In this document: one piece after another, positions 8,476 to 16,300 of the stretch
Layout of the letters: the number at the start of each line of letters is the position of its first letter
Position numbering within the stretch: the stretch's first letter is position 1
NCBI GenBank assembly: GCA_000025185.1
Contig: CP001848.1
Location: 2,130,001-2,162,000 of the forward strand
Direction of reading: 5' to 3'
Source: Pirellula staleyi DSM 6068
GTDB taxonomy: Bacteria > Planctomycetota > Planctomycetia > Pirellulales > Pirellulaceae
DNA: 32,000 nucleotides
The notes under the pieces: model-generated
Databases searched by the model: none
The model's input: the letters and a program-made list of their open reading frames with translations, nothing else
What the model was told of the DNA's origin: nothing
Program-made: the position numbers and the translations under genes

Positions 8476-8991
8476 CTAAGGTTTGCAGCGGCCTTCCTTG
8501 CGAAGTGCTTTATATTCAGGCCAACCGTATCGCCCTTCATGCTCCTCGACGAAGAAAGCACAGTTACGAGCGAGAAAGCTAAACTTGAAGCCATCCTGGT
8601 TGCGGATATGCAAAATTGCATCACGAACGGTATCGCCGAACAGTGTGGCAACAGAATCGTCATTGAAACCGCTCCTCGGCGGTTTCCATTTCTTGTCGTA
8701 ATGCTTGACGTCAATTTCGTAGACGCCATCAAGAACCCAGTGCGGCATTGGCAAATAGTTGTTGCCGATATGGGATTGCCATTCGCCGTCAGATTGAGCA
8801 CGCGGTCGGCGATCGAGGACCATCGAAAACCAACCGGTTTGCTCGAACGAGAAGCCGGTTGCAATTAAAGAAACTTTTCGTTCAGCATCACCAAGTGCTC
8901 TCTCCCAATCCGGATCGTAGTTGTTAAGCCGGTTCCAAATATACTCTTGGATCTGGCATTTGTCGCGTATGAGGTCTAGTGTACGAGCCAT
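8476..8991 (-). CDS. Hypothetical cytoplasmic protein (171 aa), AT-richer foreign-looking codon usage
   Basis: Clean ATG..TAG ORF with balanced composition (W/Y/F/D/K-rich). I recognise no family. Flanked by ~200-bp and ~236-bp non-coding spacers. Confidence 0.6.
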   Translation of the reverse strand: MARTLDLIRDKCQIQEYIWNRLNNYDPDWERALGDAERKVSLIATGFSFEQTGWFSMVLDRRPRAQSDGEWQSHIGNNYLPMPHWVLDGVYEIDVKHYDKKWKPPRSGFNDDSVATLFGDTVRDAILHIRNQDGFKFSFLARNCAFFVEEHEGRYGWPEYKALRKEGRCKP

Positions 8992-9068
8992 CGTATTGTG
9001 CGTACGAGGATTTCAGTTGGATTAACGATGAATGTCAGGAAGCAAAGAACAGGCTGCAACCAAGTGTG

Positions 9069-9169
9069 CCACTGGGCTCTGCCCAGTGAGAAGTGCAAAT
9101 CGGCCCAATTTTCAGGCAGATTTCGACAAAAACATCGGTTCCAACTTCTGCACTGGCAAGATGCCAGTG
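9069..9169. repeat. Two copies of the same short hairpin, CACTGGS-N5-SCCAGTG
   Basis: Copy 1: 9070-9076 CACTGGG, loop ctctg, 9082-9088 CCCAGTG. Copy 2: 9151-9157 CACTGGC, loop aagat, 9163-9169 GCCAGTG. Both lie in the spacer downstream of the 9228 stop and upstream of the 8991 start. Confidence 0.45.
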
Positions 9170-9227
9170 GCACCCATTAGACCTGACACTAATCGATAGA
9201 CGAAGTAATAGTTTGCTAGACGGAGTT

Positions 9228-10106
9228 CTAATCCTTCAGCGGACGCCCTTGCGCGTCGGGAAGTTTTCCCATCAGGATCATGATGAAATCGATCAAGGCC
9301 CAGATGCCACAGCCGCCGCAAGTGAGGAGCTGAATCACACCTTCTTTGGTGTAGCCCAGGTAGAAGCGGTGGACTCCTAAGCCGCCTGCCAGCCAGCAAA
9401 TCACAGCGGTGAGGATGCGGCTCTTATCGCTCTTCTCGCCAGAAGCGGCGCTCTTGGATTTGGATTTCGTTTTTGATTTCACACTCGATGAGCTGCCGGA
9501 TGTGCCGAACGAAAGTTCGCCACCAGCGGCAGGGGCCGAAGCGCCGCCGAAGTTAAAGCCTCCGGAGCCACTCTCTTCAGCGGGTGGGCTGGCCGCATCG
9601 CCAAACGCGAAATTGAATCCACCCGATGCCGAGCCACTGGCAGGGGGAGGGGTCGGAGCTTTCGGAGTGGGTGGTGGTGTTGGAGTCGGCGGAGGAGTTG
9701 GCGCTGGTTGCTCTTCGGGAGGGAGCAATTCGGGATAGAGATCGCTGGCCCATTGCCACTGCTGGCTACCATCTTTGAGGAGCTGCGAATCGACAGTGAT
9801 GCGCCCCTCGGCATACCAGCCGTTGAGTTCCTCGCGCGGGACCGGTCCGTAGGTTTCGCCATCCTCGGTCTTCAAGTGCCAAAGATCGGGCTTGGGCTTG
9901 GCAGCGGCGAGCGGGGTTGCTTTCGCGATCGGCTTGGCAACCGGTGTGACCGGCGCTGCTGGTGCGGGAGCCGTGGGCGCAGCAGTCGTGGCGGCAGGGA
10001 CCACGATGACCGCCGTGCACTTGGGGCACTTTATTTTTTTGCCAGCAGCGGTGTCGGGAACACGGAAGCGACCAGAGCAGCTGCTGCACGAAACTTCAAG
10101 AGGCAT
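9228..10106 (-). CDS. Zinc-ribbon + GYF_2 + Pro/Thr- and Gly/Ser-rich linker + TM2-domain membrane protein
   Basis: CSSCSGRFRVP...KCPKCTAVI. GYF-like WHLKTEDGETYGPVPREELNGWYAEGRI...QWQWASDLYPEL. PTPPPTPTPPPTPKAPTPPP. Two SGGFNF motifs. TM2 segment LAGGLGVHRFYLGYTKEGVIQLLTCGGCGIWALIDFIMIL. Confidence 0.85.
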   Translation of the reverse strand: MPLEVSCSSCSGRFRVPDTAAGKKIKCPKCTAVIVVPAATTAAPTAPAPAAPVTPVAKPIAKATPLAAAKPKPDLWHLKTEDGETYGPVPREELNGWYAEGRITVDSQLLKDGSQQWQWASDLYPELLPPEEQPAPTPPPTPTPPPTPKAPTPPPASGSASGGFNFAFGDAASPPAEESGSGGFNFGGASAPAAGGELSFGTSGSSSSVKSKTKSKSKSAASGEKSDKSRILTAVICWLAGGLGVHRFYLGYTKEGVIQLLTCGGCGIWALIDFIMILMGKLPDAQGRPLKD

Positions 10107-10240
10107 GATGATGAATCGCGGTGGATCGAGGATGCTGTGGAGAGGTGCCTCTATAGTGGCTTGCCTAGAAACGTTTTTCCAGTGTTTTTGTACTCTCGGG
10201 GCGTAAGTTCTCGGGAACTCACCACAGCCGTTGCTCGTCC

Positions 10241-10266
10241 GCGATCAGCCTCGTCGCGATCAGCCT
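10241..10266. repeat. 15-bp tandem duplication at the thiG 3' end
   Basis: GCGATCAGCCT occurs at 10241-10251 and again at 10256-10266 (period 15). The second copy overlaps the thiG stop codon (10265-10267). Confidence 0.5.
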
Positions 10267-11149
10267 AGTCGTTACCGGCCAGGAAGGGACGCGTGGCGAT
10301 CATTCCTTCGTGCGGGCTGCTGGCGGTGGCATAGAGCCGTTTGGGAATCCGCCCCGCCAGGTAGGCTGTTCGTCCCGCTTCGCAGGCCAGACGCATGGCG
10401 GTCGACATCGCCAGTGGATCGCGGGCGTGGGCAATGGCGGTGTTCAGCAGCACGCCGTCGACGCCGAGTTCCATCGCAAAAGCGACGTCGCTTGCGGTTC
10501 CCACACCGGCGTCGATGATCACTGGATAGTCGGGGTCCTCGTCCTTCAGGTACTCGAGAATGATCTTGATGTTGTTAGGGTTCAGCACTCCTTGGCCACT
10601 GCCGATGGGGCTGCCAGCGGGCATCACGGCGGTGGCACCAAGCTTTTTCAGACGGCGGGCAAGGACCGGATCGTCGCTTGTGTAGCACAGCACCTGAAAA
10701 CCTTCGCTCACCAGCTGTTCGGTGGCGCGGAGCAGCTCGACCGGATCGGGGAGGAGTGTTTTGCTATCGCCGAGGACTTCGAGTTTTACCCAATCGGCGC
10801 CGGGGTTCTCGAGGCTGAGCAGAATCTCGCGCCCCATGCGGGCGACGCGCACGGCATCGGTGGCGGTGTAGCAGCCGGCCGTGTTGGGGAGCAGGGTGTA
10901 GCGCGACAGATCGAGAAAATCGAGGATGTTTTTCCCACCGCCGTCGTACAGACGCTCGCGGCGAACCGCGACGGTGATGCAATCGCTTCCCGAGAGGGCG
11001 AGCGAGCGCTGCATCGTCTCAAACGTGTCGTACTTCCCTGTGCCGACGATCAGGCGACTTTTCAGCTGAAACTTACCGAGCTGAAGTGTCGCGGAAGCAG
11101 GGGGCTGAGGGGTGGCAGCAGCGTCGGCGGTGGTCTCGGCGGTCGACAT
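10265..11149 (-). CDS. thiG: Thiazole synthase ThiG
   Basis: [47 protein letters not shown] and GVLLNTAIA are canonical ThiG blocks. ATG at 11149. Confidence 0.95.
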   Translation of the reverse strand: MSTAETTADAAATPQPPASATLQLGKFQLKSRLIVGTGKYDTFETMQRSLALSGSDCITVAVRRERLYDGGGKNILDFLDLSRYTLLPNTAGCYTATDAVRVARMGREILLSLENPGADWVKLEVLGDSKTLLPDPVELLRATEQLVSEGFQVLCYTSDDPVLARRLKKLGATAVMPAGSPIGSGQGVLNPNNIKIILEYLKDEDPDYPVIIDAGVGTASDVAFAMELGVDGVLLNTAIAHARDPLAMSTAMRLACEAGRTAYLAGRIPKRLYATASSPHEGMIATRPFLAGND

Positions 11150-11215
11150 GAGTGGTCAGGCTGAAAAAGTGAACTGCCAGCGAAATGGGGGCTGAAATGA
11201 GCAGGTTTCTTCAGT

Positions 11216-11419
11216 CTATCCGCCACCCACGAGCGTGACCACCTCTAGGCGGTCGCCGTCGGTGACCAAACGTGTCGCGTGCTGCGAGCGGGGCACGATT
11301 TGCTCGTTCACTTCCACTGCCACGCCGCGCGTCGGCATGGACAGCGCCGTCAGCAGATCGGCGAGCGTGCAAGGCTCGGGAAGTTCTCGATCTTCGCCAT
11401 TGACCACGATACGGAGCAT
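11216..11419 (-). CDS. thiS: Sulfur-carrier protein ThiS
   Basis: 67 aa from ATG 11419 (MLRIVVNGE...) ending in the diagnostic C-terminal GG (VTLVGGG*). Immediately upstream of thiG. Confidence 0.85.
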   Translation of the reverse strand: MLRIVVNGEDRELPEPCTLADLLTALSMPTRGVAVEVNEQIVPRSQHATRLVTDGDRLEVVTLVGGG

Positions 11420-11556
11420 CGGTCGTCTCAATTCCTGTCGCTAAATCGGGCTCGTCAAACGGCTCGCAATCTTCCAGACATCGAATATGTCGTTAATTCC
11501 GCCTGCTCGGTAGGGCCTGTGAGCCGCTGGCAGCTTAAACAAGTGCCGATGGCCTC

Positions 11557-12324
11557 TTAAAAAAGCCAGCCCCACGGCGTGCGGCTATAGAACGGTTTGG
11601 ATTTTTCCAGGAAGTATTTTGTGAGGCTTTCGGCCGGGGCGATGCGGATGAAATCGACCGGTGGATCGGGAATTTCTGTGCTGCTGACCACCACACCGAT
11701 CCCGGCCATCGTTTGATCCCAGTCCCCGGTCAGTTCCACCCCCACGAGTGTATTGGGTTTATCGCTGCTGGAAGGATCGTGATAGAGCGCCAGGTACGCG
11801 CGGCTGACATTGCGATGCCGCTTAAAATACTGCTGCAGCGCCCGGGCCAATACGTGCGGATAGTTCAGCGGCGCGCCGATCTGCACTTCGGTCTGCTGCT
11901 GGATCGTGCGGCGCTCGTCGGGCTCGAAGAGTGAACCGTCGAGCAGCCTTTCGATTTCGGTCGGGGTGAACTCTTTGCCGTAGTCGGAGCCGGGATTCAG
12001 CACCAGAGGGGAGCCGGCGGTGAGCGCCAGCAGATCGCGGGCGCTCATCCCCAGGTACGAGGCGTTGCTCTTGAGCCCCGCTTTCAGCCGCTCGAGCGAC
12101 GAAAAGATTGGAATGTACGTTTTGCCATCGCGCTCGAAGGTTCGCAGCAGGATCGACTCTCCCGCATCAACGTGCCGCGTGGTTTCGGCCAGGGGCGCGT
12201 CGCCTCCTTGCAAGACAAAGAGGGTCGATTGCAGCAAAACTTCGTAGAAATGAGGGCGAGCACCGGCATCTTTCGAGGCCGCCACGAGCGCTTTTTCGAG
12301 GTCGTTTTGAGGAGTAAATGCCAT
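11557..12324 (-). CDS. SseB-family protein (N- and C-terminal SseB domains)
   Basis: NDLEKALVAASKDAGARPHFYEVLLQSTLFVL and IPIFSSLERL look like the SseB N-terminal domain. Size of 255 aa is typical. Family call is from memory. Confidence 0.6.
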   Translation of the reverse strand: MAFTPQNDLEKALVAASKDAGARPHFYEVLLQSTLFVLQGGDAPLAETTRHVDAGESILLRTFERDGKTYIPIFSSLERLKAGLKSNASYLGMSARDLLALTAGSPLVLNPGSDYGKEFTPTEIERLLDGSLFEPDERRTIQQQTEVQIGAPLNYPHVLARALQQYFKRHRNVSRAYLALYHDPSSSDKPNTLVGVELTGDWDQTMAGIGVVVSSTEIPDPPVDFIRIAPAESLTKYFLEKSKPFYSRTPWGWLF

Positions 12325-12332
12325 CCCACGCT

Positions 12333-12352
12333 GCGCTGCCCAGTGGCAGCGC
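12333..12352 (-). promoter_or_regulatory. Perfect 8-bp GC hairpin 8 nt upstream of the sseB-like start codon
   Basis: GCGCTGCC-cagt-GGCAGCGC. On the minus strand it covers the position where a ribosome-binding site would sit. It could also terminate the 12406 gene. Confidence 0.3.
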
Positions 12353-12405
12353 TACCCGATTTGCCGATCGATACAGGGCTCACCAAAAACGGGGGGCCGA
12401 AGCAA

Positions 12406-12984
12406 TTATTCGCGAATTTCGAGGTTGCGAGCCTTGCCACCATCGAGCCGCAGCATCGGAGCCGCTTGCGCGGTGAGGGTGCTGGTAGTGCCGCGGACCC
12501 AAGGGAACGAGTAGGCGACAAAAATGCCGCTGTTGGCATCTGCCACGTACACCACGCACTGGGCAGGACGCTGGTTACCGCCCCGAACGTTCCACAAGCC
12601 GGTCGCCATCACATAGGTCGGCTTCTTCCCTTTTTCGACTGGCAAATCGTTCACAATATTGGTCTTAAACCAGCCGGTGAATTTGCCGACGCGCGGGTTC
12701 ATCACAAAGCATTGCAGGTCGCCGGTCAGGTAGTCGAGGAAAAACACCCCTTCGGCTTCTTCGTCGACAGCACCGGTGGCGACCGCAAACGTTTCAGCGC
12801 CGTGGGTGGCCGAGGCGTGCAGCTTCATTTCAGCAAATCGGCTGGCGATCGATTCGTGGGTTTCAGCCGATGCTGGGGCCCCTCGTTCGAGGAGCACACC
12901 GGCAGCGACGGCAAGTCCCAGGCAAAGACCGAGGCAGAGTCCCAAACCGGTACCGCGCCAGAAACGAGATTTCAGCAGTCGCAT
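12406..12984 (-). CDS. Hypothetical membrane-anchored/secreted protein (192 aa)
   Basis: N-terminus MRLLKSRFWRGTGLGLCLGLCLGLAVAAGVLL is a signal peptide or anchor. The rest looks beta-rich (GVFFLDYLTGDLQCFVMN, VVYVADANSGIFVAYSF). No family recognised. Confidence 0.65.
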   Translation of the reverse strand: MRLLKSRFWRGTGLGLCLGLCLGLAVAAGVLLERGAPASAETHESIASRFAEMKLHASATHGAETFAVATGAVDEEAEGVFFLDYLTGDLQCFVMNPRVGKFTGWFKTNIVNDLPVEKGKKPTYVMATGLWNVRGGNQRPAQCVVYVADANSGIFVAYSFPWVRGTTSTLTAQAAPMLRLDGGKARNLEIRE

Positions 12985-13303
12985 GGCAAAAATCCTTCAA
13001 GCCAAAAAGAATCGAGATGTGCTGTAGTTGCTGTAAGTCGCGCGAGGGTAGGCAAATACGCACACCGCTTGCCTGCGCTCGCCCCGCTAAGTGAAATCGT
13101 ACCCGACAACGGCCTTCGAGGAAATGAGAAACCCGCTGAACCCGAAGTTGTGGCAGTTGGTCGCCCGCTAGACCAACTCGGGGGCCCGAGCATACCATCA
13201 ACAGCTGTGGCAACGACCAAGGGCGACGATCTACCAAGATCACCCCCGCAGCCGAGCCCAGCGACGAAGCGGAACTTGAAGGACCAGCGGACGACGCGCT
13301 GCT

Positions 13304-16300
13304 GTGATCCCGGGAGATGGCCTGGTGTCGATGGTTTCCCCAGAACAAGAGTCAGAACGCCTGGAGCTGGAACAGCTTCTGGGATACCTGAACTTCTCGA
13401 CGGGCGCCACCGATCCGCAGTTCCTGGCGAACCTCGACCATCTCTTCGAGCGGTCAGCCGCAGTAGCTCCCATCGGAACGTGGCGCGAGGTTGGTCGTCG
13501 GCTCCGTCAAAAACTGGTCGAGCTCAGCGACACCTCCCCCGTCTTTCGAAACATCGATCAAGCCTCGTCGGTCCTCGAGCTCGTCTGGGATTTCACCCTC
13601 CCGAGCTACTTGCGATTCCACGGCGATCTGCTGTTTCACCAAACGCACGATTCACTTTTTCGTCCGCTGTTCGTGGGGCGTGTTTGCGAGGCGGTTCTCC
13701 GCCAAGGTCCTCCCTGGGCCGATACCGAGCGGATCATCGACGGCTCCATCGCCGCGCTGAACGACTACATCGGCTACCGCCCGGTCGCCGCGCTCGAGTC
13801 GCAAAAAATCGAGCCCTACCGCAAAGAGTTTGTCCGCCCCGTGCCTCTCTATGTGCGCGGCATGGGAGTCGCCTGGGGCAAAGAGCGCGAAGTGATTCAA
13901 AAAGCGCTCGAGCTGCTCGAAAACACCGACGAAGATCTGCTCCGAGAAGCTGCGTTTCAACCGCAGAAACTCGAAGAGCTGGCGTTCGATCCCCGCGCCT
14001 ACGACTTCGATCATCCGGTGAATAAGCGCCCCAACTATCACTTCGGACAATGGGACCCGCAGCAGATCGACAACAGCGGACACTACAGCCGCTTTGTCGT
14101 GCAGCAGGTGACCCTCGACGCCTTGATGCTGCGGCTGGAAGACACCACCGACCTGCCGCGCGAAGAACTGCTGGTCGAGGCCGCCGCTGTATTGGCTGGC
14201 ACCATTTTGATGGCCTCGGGCGTTTGTGGCGATGGCCCCGGCATGTACGACTCGGGGACTACGCTGGCTAAGCTTCTGCCCCGCATCGCCCGCTATCGCG
14301 ATCAGTTCTACGAGCGGCTGTTCACCCGCATCGGTGGCGAGCATGCCGCCCGACTGCGCGAGGAATCGCAGCAAAAACGACAGCCGTTCGGGGGTGCGCG
14401 ACAGCATCTCAACGCGCAGCTGGCGCGGCGCCGCGCCTCGCAGCTCGAGCACGTTCATCTGGCCCGCATTTTTGCCCGAATGGGGCATGTGAAAGCGGCT
14501 CGCCGGCAGGCCGATGTGGTTCCGTGCGCTTCCGCTCGCATGCTCTGCCAGATCGATTGCCTCCTCACCACTGGCCACTTGGCCTGCGATGCTGGCGACC
14601 TCGAGAAAGCCAACTCACTTGCGCCGCAAATCTTTCGGCTGCTAGAGCGCGGCATCCAGTGTGGCGCGATCCTCGATCCCTGGAACATCATCGGTTTCGA
14701 CGCTCATTTCAGCCTGTTTCCCGCGATGGAAAACAGCGTGCGCGATCATCGGGCCGACGAACTCGTCAGCCTGATGGATCGCTTGTTCGCCTTCTACTCG
14801 CGCATCTGGAGCGAAGCGGCGGCTGTCGATCGCAGCGATCTGTGCGACAACATACGCGACATTTTCCAAGGAGTGGCGAGCTGGTGGCACAAGTTTGCCG
14901 TCCATGAAGTGAGCACGGTGGAAGCGGTCGATCCGCTGGTTCTCTATCGCGCTGCTGAAGGAGTCGCCGACGCGCTCCATGTGTGGCATCGTGGTGGCGC
15001 AGCCGCCGGCGATGTGGCGTTCTGGGCCCCGCATGCCGCGATGTTCGATTCCCCCAAAGCCTACGCGCTAGTGATCGATTCGCTCCTGGCGCGAAAAGAT
15101 TTCGTCGCCTCGATGGCGCTCCTCATGTCGTGGCTCGGCGAAGCGGAACGGATCGGACTCGAGCGCGCGGATAGCTCGTTCCACGATCTCGGTCTGCGCT
15201 GGTTCAGCGAAATGACTTCGCTCTCGACCATCGATCCCTCGAGCCCTTCCGATGCCCAAGCAGCCTGGGATAAAGCCCGCAAATTCCTCGACTATCTTGA
15301 AGCCAACGCCGAGAGTTTTTGGGCCGTGCCGCAGTTCAAACTGGGGGCTAGTGGACCCAAAAAACATCGCCGCAAAGACGACCACGAAACCACCGCCGGG
15401 GATGAGGACGATGGCGAAAATCTGTTCGGATCGGCCTACGAAGGGATGGTCTATCGCGACAGTACCGACGATGGTGTGCAAGGTCCGATCTTCGAGCAAG
15501 CCAGCACGTCGCACGACGAACTTTTGATCGAAAGCAAACGTGTCGCCGATCGTTTGTCGTTCCTCTCGACGGTCGTGAAGCTCTGGAAATTAGCGGTCGT
15601 GAGCCCCGCGTTTGCCTCGGTCGTGCGTATGCAGCACGACTCGCCTCAACTGGCAAGTCGCATCACCGCCATGGAGCGCTGGCGGCAGCAGGCGATCGAA
15701 AATCGCGAAGGGCTCGCGCGTTTGCTCGCTACGGTGCGCGACTACAAAATCGGCGCTCCGGCAGCCGATCACGATTCGATGGTCGAGTACGATCGTCGGC
15801 GGATGACGAAAGAATCGCTCCTCGAACGAATCATCGCCACCAGCGTCGAAACGGCTGATGCCGCGCGGATGCTCGACGCTGCTCTGTCGGCTGTCGAGGC
15901 CTCCGATCAATCGCCGCAGCTGATTACCGCCGAGATGTTGCCGCAAGTTCGTGAAGACAAACTGACCGCTGCTGTCTTCGCCTCGCTGCTGCGGCGGGAT
16001 GTGGCGGCTGTTCATCAAAACGCCGAAAAACTCTGGGAAAACCTCTCCGAATTGCCTCTGCTCTACGTTCCGCTGAGCAAGGGTGGCAGCCCCACGGAAA
16101 TTGTCGCGGTTCGGATTCGTCAGCATGCGATTCAAGACCTGCTGGCATGGCTGCCGCGACTCGGGCTCTGGATCGAAACGTGTCAGCTGCTCGAAGTGGC
16201 GCGGAAGATGGAACGCGATCATCCCGTCGGGCCGGGAGCGGTCACCGAGTTCGACGAGCTGTTCAAGATTGGCTATCGGGCGATGGTCGAGAGCCTCGTC

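Noticed and set aside
8976-9180. 60-65-aa Cys/His/Trp-rich ORFs on both strands of the 8992-9227 spacer
   Set aside because: They mirror each other, lack start-site context, and coincide with the twin-hairpin repeats, so they are probably non-coding.
10310-11164. 284-aa plus-strand ORF
   Set aside because: It is exactly antisense to thiG, which is unmistakable.
11420-11556. Expected TPP riboswitch in the thiS leader
   Set aside because: The conserved CUGAGA and pyrimidine-sensor helices are not visible on the minus strand. This needs an Infernal scan to be sure.
12408-12417. 10-nt perfect palindrome ATTCGCGAAT at the 3' end of the 12406 gene
   Set aside because: It lies inside coding sequence (EIRE*), is short, and is plausibly chance.
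12172-14025. 617-aa plus-strand ORF
   Set aside because: It is extremely R/P/S/A/G-rich. It runs antisense through the SseB-like and 12406 genes and out of frame into the giant gene. This is a typical GC-rich shadow ORF.
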